A DNA stretch of 64,000 nt from Bacteroidota bacterium. GTDB taxonomy: Bacteria; Bacteroidota; Ignavibacteria; Kapaibacteriales; UBA961. Shown here one piece after another: positions 21,578 to 31,381 of the stretch. The first letter of the stretch is position 1; every line of letters begins with the position of its first letter. The notes beneath the pieces are model-generated. The model had not been told where the DNA came from, did not search any database, and saw only the letters and a list, made by a program, of their open reading frames with translations. The position numbers and the translations under genes are program-made. The DNA is taken from NCBI GenBank assembly GCA_041191145.1, contig JBEEPK010000004.1, positions 10,487-74,486 of the forward strand, read 5' to 3'.

Positions 21578-23788
21578 ATGTACAGATATTTCAGAATCAT
21601 GCTCTCCGCATGGTTATGTGGTTTTGTCTTTGCACCCGCTTTCTCTCAACAAGATACCATTCGAGGCATTGTATTGAGTTCTATAGACTCAACACGATTG
21701 CCGGGTGCAACAATAATTTGGAAAAATTCCAGCAGTGGTGTGAGAGCTGATCAGCAAGGACAATTCTCAATCATAAGATCAACTTCATCTCAAATTGAAT
21801 TGATCATTTCTTCTGTGGGCTATGCCAAGGACACAATTGAAATCAAACAATATCAATCCGGTGAAATAATTCGCATTGCACTTGTTCCGGATGCACGATC
21901 GGAATCAGTCATTGTTGAAGAATCAGGACTGCAATCCATAACGAAAGCTGAAATCAAAACAGAAAAAATATCTTCCAGGCAGTTACGCGAATCTGCTTGT
22001 TGTTCTCTTGCGGAATCCTTCGAGCGAAGTCCATCCGTTGAAGTTTCCTATGCCGATGCTGCAACAGGAGCAAAGGTCATTCAATTGCTCGGTCTGAAAG
22101 GTATGTATACCCAAACACTGCAGGAAGCAATTCCAGGATTGAAAGGTCTTGCCCTGCCATATGGTATGGATCTCATACCCGGCGCATTTCTGGAATCAAT
22201 AAGCATCTCAAAGGGCGCTGCATCTGTCATGAATGGATATGAAGGAGTTGCAGGACTAATAAATATCGAGATGCTCAAACCTATCATGTCACCGAGATTT
22301 TTTGTTAATGCCTATGTGAATCAAATGCAACGCTATGAGTTGAATTTGGCATCTGCATTTGAACCCGTGAATGGTCTTCATGCCATGCTTATGGTACATG
22401 GAAGCACATTTAATCAAGAAATGGATGGCAATAATGATGGATATATTGATATGCCTCTTTTTGATAAAATGAATGCAACTTTCCGCATGGAATATTTGAA
22501 GAATGATATCGAATATCAATTCATGGGAAGATATGTTAATGATGAACATCGTGGCGGAATGACTAATGGTTTCGCTGAATCGCAGGGCATAAATGATGTG
22601 TTCAAAAGCAATACAATGCTCGAGCGATTTGAATTTATGTCCAAAATTGGATTCCTCGAATTAGATAATCCATTTGCTGAATCATTCGCAATTCAAATGG
22701 CAGGATCACTTCATTCCATGGATTCTGAATTCGGAATAAGAAATTATTCCGGAAAACAACAAAGCGGATTCATTAAAGCGATTGCCGTAAAGGAGATTGC
22801 CGATGAACATAAATTGTGGTATGGCGTATCATATATGTATGATTCCTTTGATGAAAACTTCATGTCATTAGACAGAGATCGCATTGAATCTGTACCCGGC
22901 ATATTCGCGGAAAATACATTTACACCGAGTGAAGAGTTAACCATCGTTACTGGACTGAGAATAGATTATCATAATCTCTTCGGACTTATAGTAACCCCCA
23001 GAATGCATGTGAAATATGAACCAATCGATAATATGCAAATGCGTTTGTCAGCCGGAAGTGGAATGCGCGTGGCGAATATCTTTGCCGATAATATGTCTTC
23101 ATTCGTAAATAATCGAGCAATTATTATTGATTCAGTATTGAATCCCGAGAAGGCATGGAATTATGGCGCATCAATCACCTATTCCACAACAATACTTGGG
23201 CTGCCTTTTATATTTGATTCTGAACTCTATCAAACAAGATTTATCAATCAAGTGAATACAGATCTTGATGCTTCCGCACGCACACTTCGAATCGTGAATG
23301 ATTCAATGGCTTATGCAACTTCACTGATGCTTCAAATGCAAGTATTGCCCTGGACTGGTTTCAAAATGAATCTTGCTTGGCGATACAATGATATGTGGCA
23401 GATGAGTGATCAAAGAATGCAAAGAAGAATTATGGTGAGTCCTCACAGAGTATTGCTAACAATTTCTCAATCATTATTGAATGATCAACTGCAATGTGAT
23501 GTCACAGGTATGTGGAATGGTGAGGGAAGGCTTCCTACGCTTCTCGAAAATCCTGAGGAATTTCGCATGAATGAGACATATCCTTCATTTATGCGATTGA
23601 ATGCCCAATTGTCATGGCGTACTCCTGCATTTGATATTTATCTCGGTGCTGAAAATATCATGAATACCCTTCAGAATCATGTGGTAATATCACCTGAGAA
23701 TCCTCGAAGTCAGTATTTCGAAGGATCGCTCGTTTGGGGTATGCTCGACAATCGCATGATCTATCTCGGCATGAGAGCTCAATTGTAA
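21578..23788 (+). CDS. TonB-dependent receptor (carboxypeptidase-regulatory-like N-domain + plug + barrel)
   Basis: Signal peptide; an IRGIVLSS..PGATI CarbopepD_reg-like region; plug-domain motifs; long beta-barrel-like C-terminal region. 736 aa. Confidence 0.8.
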   Translation: MYRYFRIMLSAWLCGFVFAPAFSQQDTIRGIVLSSIDSTRLPGATIIWKNSSSGVRADQQGQFSIIRSTSSQIELIISSVGYAKDTIEIKQYQSGEIIRIALVPDARSESVIVEESGLQSITKAEIKTEKISSRQLRESACCSLAESFERSPSVEVSYADAATGAKVIQLLGLKGMYTQTLQEAIPGLKGLALPYGMDLIPGAFLESISISKGAASVMNGYEGVAGLINIEMLKPIMSPRFFVNAYVNQMQRYELNLASAFEPVNGLHAMLMVHGSTFNQEMDGNNDGYIDMPLFDKMNATFRMEYLKNDIEYQFMGRYVNDEHRGGMTNGFAESQGINDVFKSNTMLERFEFMSKIGFLELDNPFAESFAIQMAGSLHSMDSEFGIRNYSGKQQSGFIKAIAVKEIADEHKLWYGVSYMYDSFDENFMSLDRDRIESVPGIFAENTFTPSEELTIVTGLRIDYHNLFGLIVTPRMHVKYEPIDNMQMRLSAGSGMRVANIFADNMSSFVNNRAIIIDSVLNPEKAWNYGASITYSTTILGLPFIFDSELYQTRFINQVNTDLDASARTLRIVNDSMAYATSLMLQMQVLPWTGFKMNLAWRYNDMWQMSDQRMQRRIMVSPHRVLLTISQSLLNDQLQCDVTGMWNGEGRLPTLLENPEEFRMNETYPSFMRLNAQLSWRTPAFDIYLGAENIMNTLQNHVVISPENPRSQYFEGSLVWGMLDNRMIYLGMRAQL

Positions 23789-23835
23789 GGAAAGTCAGTA
23801 ATTTTGCATGTCCTTATTCACAAATGGCATTTGCT

Positions 23836-24477
23836 ATGTTCACAGGTTTGATTGAAGAAATTGGAGCGATCACTAAAATTGAATCCAAAGGAAGTGGCTT
23901 GACATTGACCATCCGAGGAAACACCGTCATGAGTGATCTAGCGATTGATGATTCCATTTCCGTAAATGGTGCATGTCAAACAGCAATCGCAGTGCATGGA
24001 AATGAGTTTCGTGTGGATACTGTGCAAGAAACATTACTCAAGACTACGCTTGGCTCACTCAAAGTGGGTGATTCTGTAAATCTTGAGCGAGCATTGCAAT
24101 TGAGCGATCGCTTAGGTGGGCATATAGTGCAAGGACATGTTGATTGCGTGGGAAGAGTACAGTCTATAGTGAATGTCTCCGGTGGTGGCTGGCAATTATG
24201 GATCACTTTCCCAAGTGAATATAGAAAATATGTTGTACCCGTTGGTTCAATATGCATCAATGGTGTGAGTCTGACTGTTGCAAGAGTGAAGGATAATACA
24301 TGCATGATGGCAATCATTCCGCATACATTGGCTGTGACAACCATTGGCACACTCACCGTGAATTCGCAAGTGAATCTTGAATTTGACATTCTTGGAAAAT
24401 ATGTTGAGAATATGATCATGCATGGTGAAAAGAAAAGTTCGGTGTTTGATTCATATCTTGATCAGCCGGGAATGTGA
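23836..24477 (+). CDS. ribE: riboflavin synthase alpha subunit
   Basis: Starts MFTGLIEEIG (canonical). Duplicated lumazine-binding halves. The upstream in-frame ORF segment overlaps the TonB receptor gene, so it is excluded. Confidence 0.85.
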   Translation: MFTGLIEEIGAITKIESKGSGLTLTIRGNTVMSDLAIDDSISVNGACQTAIAVHGNEFRVDTVQETLLKTTLGSLKVGDSVNLERALQLSDRLGGHIVQGHVDCVGRVQSIVNVSGGGWQLWITFPSEYRKYVVPVGSICINGVSLTVARVKDNTCMMAIIPHTLAVTTIGTLTVNSQVNLEFDILGKYVENMIMHGEKKSSVFDSYLDQPGM

Positions 24478-26075
24478 ACATGAAATCAATTTCGCTTGAT
24501 TCCGTACCCGGTCTGAACCCTTTCTTCATTGAAAGTGCCTCTTCAAAAGTGAATATCAATCCTGATTTGATGAAGGATAGAGCTGTGAGATTGGGTCCCG
24601 GTGCGGGTTCCATCATTCAGCAAACAATGAGGAATATTTCGCTCAATGAAAAACAACAGCATGGATTGAATCAACTGTTATCCGGAAAAGCAGTTGCGAT
24701 GATTACGGGTCAGCAACCCGGTTTTCTAGGTGGACCACTGTATTCATTGTATAAAGCAATGTCTTGTATTTCGCTTGCGGAAATGCATTCCACTGATGAA
24801 TTGTCGATTGTTCCGATTTTTTGGATCGAAGACAATGATCATGATGGAGTTGAAGCAGGAACTGCATCGCTGATAGATCAATCAAGCGCAGTACATACCA
24901 TCCACTGCGATGAGATTGAACACCTTCAAACACATATTCCGATTTGTGAAAGAATATTTTCTAGTGATGTTTCTAATCTGATTGAGAGTATTTCACAATA
25001 CTTACCGAATTCAGAGTATGGACTACAGATAAAACAAGAAATCAACGAGTTATATCAATCCGGAAAAAATTGGTCTGAATCATTTCTCGAGTATATGCAA
25101 GAGCGATGCGGTGAATTCGGATTACTTTTCTTTTCGTCATCGATTGCTCGGAAAGAAGGATTGTTCAAAGAGAGAATATTACATGAGATTTCACATTCGG
25201 GTGAATTGCAACAATTGGTTCTCGAAGCAAATGAATCATTGATGAAAAGAGGAATGAAGATTCAGGCGGAAGCAGGAATCATCAATGCATTCTATCATGA
25301 TGATTCGGGCAGACATAAAATTGATATAGATGAATTCGGACATATAAAACTTGGCGAAGGTATTTTGTCAAAAGATGAGTGCATCAAACTGATACAAGCG
25401 CATCCTGAAAAATTCTCACCTTCCGTTTTGCTTAGACCTCTCATTCAGGATTCAATCATTCCAACGATCGGCATGATTGTCGGACCAGGTGAGTTTGGGT
25501 ATATGTCGCAATTGAAACTTGCATATTCCGCATTGAACATTTCAATGCCTCAATTGCATGGCAGACATTCAGTCACTATTCTCATTCCATCGATTTCGAA
25601 ATATCTGTCAAAACATGAGTTTGAGCCGAACTTTTTCATGCGCATCATGAATGAAATCGAGCAGGATCTTTCTGCTAGATTCGCTCATGATGCTGAAACT
25701 GATGCATTGGTGCATGAATTGCGTTCTTCTGTGCAACATTCACTGAGTAACATATCAAAACATGCCGAAACGATCGATTCGTCATTGCGAGGAGCGGTTT
25801 CCGCAACCGAACATGGAATTGAAAAGTTGATTGATGGAATGCAGAAAAAGATGGTTTCATCATTGAAGAAAAAGCAAGATATGCTTTTTGGGAAGGCGCA
25901 TGAAGCTCATGCATGGATCTATCCTCACAATCATCTTCAGGAGAGATTATTGAGTAGCATGACAGTAGAAGCAAGAATAGGGAAGGAAATGTTTAGGGAT
26001 ATTCTCATTGCAATCAAAAATGCATCAAGGGACATGCATATATTGATTGATGTGAATGAAATGAAATCATTCTGA
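24474..26075 (+). CDS. bshC: bacillithiol biosynthesis cysteine-adding enzyme BshC family
   Basis: 533 aa. The motif ITGQQPGFLGGPLYSLYKAMS matches the conserved BshC/YllA N-terminal GQQ..L.GP.Y...K signature. Confidence 0.65.
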   Translation: MNMKSISLDSVPGLNPFFIESASSKVNINPDLMKDRAVRLGPGAGSIIQQTMRNISLNEKQQHGLNQLLSGKAVAMITGQQPGFLGGPLYSLYKAMSCISLAEMHSTDELSIVPIFWIEDNDHDGVEAGTASLIDQSSAVHTIHCDEIEHLQTHIPICERIFSSDVSNLIESISQYLPNSEYGLQIKQEINELYQSGKNWSESFLEYMQERCGEFGLLFFSSSIARKEGLFKERILHEISHSGELQQLVLEANESLMKRGMKIQAEAGIINAFYHDDSGRHKIDIDEFGHIKLGEGILSKDECIKLIQAHPEKFSPSVLLRPLIQDSIIPTIGMIVGPGEFGYMSQLKLAYSALNISMPQLHGRHSVTILIPSISKYLSKHEFEPNFFMRIMNEIEQDLSARFAHDAETDALVHELRSSVQHSLSNISKHAETIDSSLRGAVSATEHGIEKLIDGMQKKMVSSLKKKQDMLFGKAHEAHAWIYPHNHLQERLLSSMTVEARIGKEMFRDILIAIKNASRDMHILIDVNEMKSF

Positions 26076-26077
26076 AA

Positions 26078-27052
26078 TTATGATGCTCTTTCGATCACGA
26101 AATGAGCAAAGTCTGTCAATGCAGTTTTATAGACTGATTCAGGGAATATCTCTAGCAATTGTATGGCCTCCTCAATCAAAGCTTCTGATTTGCCTTGAGC
26201 ATATTCAATGCCTCCTTGTTGCTTCACAAATGACATGATAAATGCAATGTCTGCTGATTGCAAGTTCCCCTTTTTGATCATTCCCAGAATACTTTTTGCT
26301 TCACTTTTTGAAGCGGATCGCAATGCATGAATGAGTGGCAATGTGATTTTCTTTTCCTTCAAATCATTTGCATAGGGTTTGCCGATCAAATTCGTTCTAC
26401 TCACATAATCGAGCAAGTCATCACGAATCTGAAAAGCTAGTCCAACCAATTCGCCGAATCGGGTGATATTATCAATGCTCTGTGTATCATGAGTTGCACT
26501 TCGCGAACCAATTTCACAACAAGTGCTAATCAAAGATGCCGTTTTATCGCCTATGATTTTGAAATATGTCTCTTCATCAATATTCAATTGTCGACTTTTC
26601 TGCATTTGTAGAAGTTCGCCCTCGCTCATTCTTTGCACAGCTTTGCTAGTAGCTTTTAAAAAGGCAAACTCCTCTTTGTCAACAGCGATGTGGAGTCCTC
26701 TCGATAGCAAATAATCGCCAACCAATACTGATGCTTTGTTTTTCCATAATGCATTAATTGAAGGCATTCCCCTTCTTTCACCCGCATCATCCACCACATC
26801 ATCATGAACCAATGTTGCCGTATGCAGTAATTCCACCATGGAAGCGCCCACGAATGTTCTATTCGTTGTACCACCACATAATTCAGCACTTAGAAAAACA
26901 AGTGTGGGGCGAACTCTTTTGCCTCTTTGGCGGAGAATATAGCGGATGACAAGATTCAGCAGTGGTACATCAGTCCGCATTTGCTCTCTGAAATACGGAT
27001 GAAATGCTTCAAGTTGATGATTGACGACACTGCTGATTTTGGCAATTGACAT
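26078..27052 (-). CDS. polyprenyl synthetase family protein (IspB/octaprenyl-diphosphate synthase-like)
   Basis: First DDxxD motif (LVHDDVVDDAGERRG) and second FQIRDDLLD motif. Confidence 0.85.
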   Translation of the reverse strand: MSIAKISSVVNHQLEAFHPYFREQMRTDVPLLNLVIRYILRQRGKRVRPTLVFLSAELCGGTTNRTFVGASMVELLHTATLVHDDVVDDAGERRGMPSINALWKNKASVLVGDYLLSRGLHIAVDKEEFAFLKATSKAVQRMSEGELLQMQKSRQLNIDEETYFKIIGDKTASLISTCCEIGSRSATHDTQSIDNITRFGELVGLAFQIRDDLLDYVSRTNLIGKPYANDLKEKKITLPLIHALRSASKSEAKSILGMIKKGNLQSADIAFIMSFVKQQGGIEYAQGKSEALIEEAIQLLEIFPESVYKTALTDFAHFVIERAS

Positions 27053-27057
27053 GAGTT

Positions 27058-27813
27058 TTACTCAATTGATGTGAACGGTTCTTCCTTTTTACGAGCAAAA
27101 ACCGTTACGAGAATACTGATTTCATAAAGAACCCAAAGAGGAGCTGCAAAAACAAGTTGGCTGACGGGATCTGTGCTGGGCGTCAATGCCGCGGCCAATA
27201 CTAGAATGACAACAATGGAGTGTCTGCGATACTTTCGAAGCATCTCCGGACTGATTATTCCGATTTTGGAAAGGATATACGCAATCATCGGCAATTCGAA
27301 AATCAATCCTGCACTTAAAAGCGTTGTGGTAATGAAGCTAAAATACTCTGTCACATCGATGCTGTTCTTAATAAGACTAGAACCAAAGGAGGCAGTAAAA
27401 GACAGCATCACGGGAATCATAATCCAATATGCAAATGCAACTCCGGCCAAAAAGCAAAAAGAAGTGTAAATCGTGATTTTTCCTGCCCAACGCCTTTCTT
27501 TCTCATATAGTCCGGGAGCAATGAATTTCCATAGCTGATATAAAGTATATGGCATGGAAATGATTAATCCCGCCATAATGACAACTTTGAAGTAGAGAAA
27601 GGCTTGGCCAAAAGGACGGAGGTTTTGTAATTCCATATTCACGGAAGCAGCAGGCTTTAACAAAACCCAATTCATGAGTTGATCAACAAATGCCCCTGCA
27701 ATAATGCAACCGATCACTATTCCAAGAACTGCAAGACCAATTCTTAGTCGCAATTCTTCGAGATGATCAAAGAAACTCATTTCAAACTGCTCACCGGCAG
27801 GAGTCTTGGCCAT
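27058..27813 (-). CDS. tatC: twin-arginine translocase subunit TatC
   Basis: Six-TM protein with the TatC N-terminal motif FDHLEELRLR. Confidence 0.85.
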   Translation of the reverse strand: MAKTPAGEQFEMSFFDHLEELRLRIGLAVLGIVIGCIIAGAFVDQLMNWVLLKPAASVNMELQNLRPFGQAFLYFKVVIMAGLIISMPYTLYQLWKFIAPGLYEKERRWAGKITIYTSFCFLAGVAFAYWIMIPVMLSFTASFGSSLIKNSIDVTEYFSFITTTLLSAGLIFELPMIAYILSKIGIISPEMLRKYRRHSIVVILVLAAALTPSTDPVSQLVFAAPLWVLYEISILVTVFARKKEEPFTSIE

Positions 27814-28541
27814 ATGTCTATCCGGTGAATCTCATTCACATGAAATTCATGAGAAAGCGTGTAGAAGAAAATGACAGTGAATTGATGTGAGTATTCAATT
27901 CGTCTCAAAAATACGACAATAAGTACAGCCGACCAACGAAGGCATAAATGCGGAGCAATCCTTGTTTTGAAAATACCCTCTGAATTTCCCAAACTCAAAC
28001 ACATGTGGAAAATCCCTTAAATCCCTGATAATATCGAACATTCAGACTTTTATACATCGAATGTATGCATATTTTAGGGGTGCATTTGCCATGCATGTTT
28101 GATGAATTCTATGTCTTTGGCTATTACATAAAAAAGCAAGAGATTTTTTTTTCAAAAAGAAAATTTTCTAGTTGCATTCATGTGGAAAAATTTTCCATTT
28201 TTGCATCCCGGTTTTGCAGGACACACAGTATGATTCCCCCGGATAAACTCCATCCCGCTAGGATTATCCGCATCTGTCTGTTTTTTATACCGTGCTCAAT
28301 ATACCCATGGTGATATCCATGGGGCATTATCCTATGGCTTTTGCTTTGGGACGTCACAGCTATGGAAAGGAGTATCCAATTGGCTAGAAAACGCGACACA
28401 ATTGATTTGTTTCCGGGTAGTAAGGAAACACGCCCCGATATTGTTAAGAAGAACACAGTCGGTGATTCAAATAACCTCATTGGTGATATTGGCCAGTCTA
28501 CAAGGCCTTTGAGTCCACAAGCCATCGAATATTGGGAAGGC
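27814..28541. other. putative oriC / dnaA upstream region: AT-rich tract plus cluster of DnaA-box-like 9-mers
   Basis: One-mismatch matches to TTATCCACA/TGTGGATAA: TGTGGAAAA at about 27993 and about 28183, and TTATCCGCA at about 28264. Weaker matches (GGATAAACT, TTATCCTAT) lie nearby. AT-rich stretch aaaaaagcaagagatttttttttcaaaaagaaaattttc sits at 28131-28170. Confidence 0.45.
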
Positions 28542-29915
28542 ATGTCGAGATTAATTCGCGACAATGTTTCCTCTCAAATGTGGAAGACATGGTTTGAACT
28601 CATAAAACCTTTATCATGGGAAGAACAAACCCTCACGATTGAAGTCCCTAGTCAATTCTTTGTGGAATGGATCGAGGAGCATTATCGCGACCTTTTGCGC
28701 AAAACTCTTAGTCAAGTGGCAGGAGCAGAAGCTGCATTGCGTTATGAAGTCGTTGTGAGCAAAGGCGAGACATCTCTAGAGGATAGAACTATTCGCATAC
28801 CCGCTCTAAGAAATACTCCGGCCACTGGTAATCAGTCCGTTTTGCATTTTGCTGGTCAGAGTAGGCAAGCGGAGCCTGATTTTGAATTTCTTTCTGCACT
28901 CAATCAGCGCTATGTATTCGATAATTATGTTCGAGGTGACAGTAATCAATTAGCTGCTTCTGCTGCTTTTGCTGTTGCTGAAAGACCTGGTAAAACTAAT
29001 TTTAATCCTCTTTTCATTTATGGTGGAACAGGATTGGGCAAAACCCACCTTGCGCAAGCAATAGGTAATTATATCGTTTCTCAAAAGTCGGGTGCTAGAG
29101 TTCTCTACACAAATAGTGAGCGATTCACTTTTGAGTATGTGAATGCCATTCAGAACAATAAATTGAATGAATTCACCAATTTCTATAGAAGCGTAGATGT
29201 ATTGATTGTCGATGATATTCAATTCCTTGGTGGAAAAGAAAAAACGCAAGATCATTTCTTCCATACATTTAATGCACTTCATTTATCGGGCAAGCAAGTT
29301 GTGCTTACAAGCGATAAACCACCAAAAGAATTACTTGATATTGATGCTCGATTGATTTCAAGATTCCAATGGGGATTGTCTGCCGATATTCAACTTCCTG
29401 ATTTTGAAATGCGCATGGCGATCTTGCAAAAGAAGTCACAAGATGAAGGCTTTGAATTGCAACATGAAGTCGCAGAATACATTGCAAAGAATATTAATGG
29501 CAATGTAAGAGAGCTTGAAGGTGCATTGATTAAATTGATAGCGAAGATTTCTCTTGATAGCCGCGTAATGGGAATTGATCTTGCCAAGGAAGTTGTGCAA
29601 GGAATCGCAGGAACCACCGCTCGTCAACTCAGCATGGATTCTATCGCAGTTGAAGTTTCATCATATTATCAGATTCCTGTTGAGTTACTATCTGCAAAAA
29701 CACGCAAGCATGAAGTAGTGATCGCGAGACAAATGACAATGTATCTCATCAAAATGTTAATTGGCACTTCTCTCAAAAGCATCGGTGCACATTTCGGTGG
29801 AAGAGATCATACAACTGTTTTGCATTCATGTCAGACCATTGATAATTATCTCGGACATGATATCAAAGTCAGAACGGCACTTGAAACATTGAAGAGCAAT
29901 CTATTGAACCGCTAA
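28341..29915 (+). CDS. dnaA: chromosomal replication initiator DnaA
   Basis: Walker A GGTGLGKTHL; DnaA signature and C-terminal DNA-binding region (..GGRDHTTVLHS..). The first ATG is 28341; DnaA domain-I-like sequence begins near M68 (28542), which may be the true start. Confidence 0.9.
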   Translation: MLWDVTAMERSIQLARKRDTIDLFPGSKETRPDIVKKNTVGDSNNLIGDIGQSTRPLSPQAIEYWEGMSRLIRDNVSSQMWKTWFELIKPLSWEEQTLTIEVPSQFFVEWIEEHYRDLLRKTLSQVAGAEAALRYEVVVSKGETSLEDRTIRIPALRNTPATGNQSVLHFAGQSRQAEPDFEFLSALNQRYVFDNYVRGDSNQLAASAAFAVAERPGKTNFNPLFIYGGTGLGKTHLAQAIGNYIVSQKSGARVLYTNSERFTFEYVNAIQNNKLNEFTNFYRSVDVLIVDDIQFLGGKEKTQDHFFHTFNALHLSGKQVVLTSDKPPKELLDIDARLISRFQWGLSADIQLPDFEMRMAILQKKSQDEGFELQHEVAEYIAKNINGNVRELEGALIKLIAKISLDSRVMGIDLAKEVVQGIAGTTARQLSMDSIAVEVSSYYQIPVELLSAKTRKHEVVIARQMTMYLIKMLIGTSLKSIGAHFGGRDHTTVLHSCQTIDNYLGHDIKVRTALETLKSNLLNR

Positions 29916-29942
29916 ACTGAATAACGAATTACGGATTCAATA

Positions 29943-29975
29943 AAAAAACCGTCCACATGGACGGTTTTTTTTTAT
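29943..29975. terminator. bidirectional rho-independent terminator between dnaA and smpB
   Basis: AAAAAAACCGTCCACATGGACGGTTTTTTTTT. Confidence 0.8.
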
Positions 29976-30442
29976 TCTCCTCTGCGTAAATCACGCTCTA
30001 TGTCTTTCTTCTTGAGGTCTTCTCTTTTGTCGTGTAATTTCTTTCCACGAACGATCGCGATTTCAACCTTTACATATGGTCCGGAAAAATACATAGAAAG
30101 TGGAATAACAGTCATTCCTTTTTCTTGTATTGCCTGCTTGAGTTTTATGCTTTCTTTGTCATGCAAAAGCAAAATGCGGTCCCTTGTTGGATTGTGATTT
30201 TCTCTATTGCCATGATCATAAGGACTGATATGAGCTCCCATCAACTTTGGCGCGCTTGCATACTTTGATTCAAATAATACATAGCTGTCTTGCAAATTGC
30301 ATTTACCGGCGCGTAGCGATTTTACTTCTGTACCCGTGAGTATAATGCCGGCCTCAAGAGTTGAAATTATCTCAAAGTCATGTCTGGCTTTTCGATTTTG
30401 TGCAATGACTTTAGTTTTTCTTTGTTCAGGTTTATCCGACAT
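29972..30442 (-). CDS. smpB: SsrA-binding protein
   Basis: 156 aa; conserved SmpB core (KARHDFEI..GTEVKSLR). Confidence 0.85.
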   Translation of the reverse strand: MSDKPEQRKTKVIAQNRKARHDFEIISTLEAGIILTGTEVKSLRAGKCNLQDSYVLFESKYASAPKLMGAHISPYDHGNRENHNPTRDRILLLHDKESIKLKQAIQEKGMTVIPLSMYFSGPYVKVEIAIVRGKKLHDKREDLKKKDIERDLRRGE

Positions 30443-30490
30443 GTTTTATAACTCAAAAATTGGAATGTGCTTGACGCTCAGAGTTAGTAA

Positions 30491-31273
30491 TCATTGCCCA
30501 GACTGCACATTCATGCAATGATAAAGAGCAATGCCTGTTGCAATTCCCACATTTAATGATTCAGCAGAACCAGCCCCATCAATGCGAATCGGCTTTGTGA
30601 TGCATGATGATGTTTCAGGTGACATACCGTGTGATTCACTGCCCATGATCAAGCCCCATGCATTGGGTAAAAGATGGATATCCTTCAATGAGGCATTACT
30701 TTCTACGATTAGCCCAAATAATTCTCCATCCGGAAATCGTGCTTTCCATTCATGTAAGAATTCGGTGAGTGAATTTTCGATATGTACTTGAACCCGTAAT
30801 ATAGAGCCCATGGATGCACGAATTGCTTTAGGACTGAATGGATCGGCACAATTACCACCAAGGATCACATGTTTCATTCCGAACCAATCTGCTGATCGCA
30901 AAATTGTGCCAAGATTCCCGGGATCATTGATGTTTTCCAAAGCCAAAAAAGTTTGAGGTATATTGATTGAAAATTCAGGAATTTCTACGATTGCAAATAT
31001 GTCTTGCGGATTGATTGCATCGCTCATTCTTGAAAATGCCGTTGTGCCTGCTTTGCAAACTTCTATGCCGGCTAGTTCATATTCCTCTGCCAATGACAAT
31101 GCAGATGATGAAGCATCATCAGGTATCACGGCATATTGAATATTGAAACTTGAGGTAAGCAATTCCGAACATATTTTCAATCCCTCGGCAATAAATCTGC
31201 CTTGTTCTTCACGCTCTTTTTTCTTATCAAGAACTCTGATTCGAGCTTGCTCCGCTTTGGAAAGATATTCCAT
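30491..31273 (-). CDS. TrmH/SpoU family RNA 2'-O-methyltransferase
   Basis: SpoU motifs NLGTILRSADWFG and the C-terminal GxESxG-type region (IMGSESHGMS). Confidence 0.8.
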   Translation of the reverse strand: MEYLSKAEQARIRVLDKKKEREEQGRFIAEGLKICSELLTSSFNIQYAVIPDDASSSALSLAEEYELAGIEVCKAGTTAFSRMSDAINPQDIFAIVEIPEFSINIPQTFLALENINDPGNLGTILRSADWFGMKHVILGGNCADPFSPKAIRASMGSILRVQVHIENSLTEFLHEWKARFPDGELFGLIVESNASLKDIHLLPNAWGLIMGSESHGMSPETSSCITKPIRIDGAGSAESLNVGIATGIALYHCMNVQSGQ

Positions 31274-31381
31274 GTATTGGACTCATATTTGAAATTAAAG
31301 TACAAATCTACAATGTATGTACATGAGTATGAAACAATCGATCAAGGTTTGTAATTTTGATAGAACTCGTAAATTGTTTGC

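Noticed and set aside
31274-31381. Searched for a CIRCE element (TTAGCACTC-N9-GAGTGCTAA) upstream of hrcA
   Set aside because: No acceptable match by eye in the 108-bp upstream region. Only unrelated short palindromes were found, so CIRCE is not reported as a feature.
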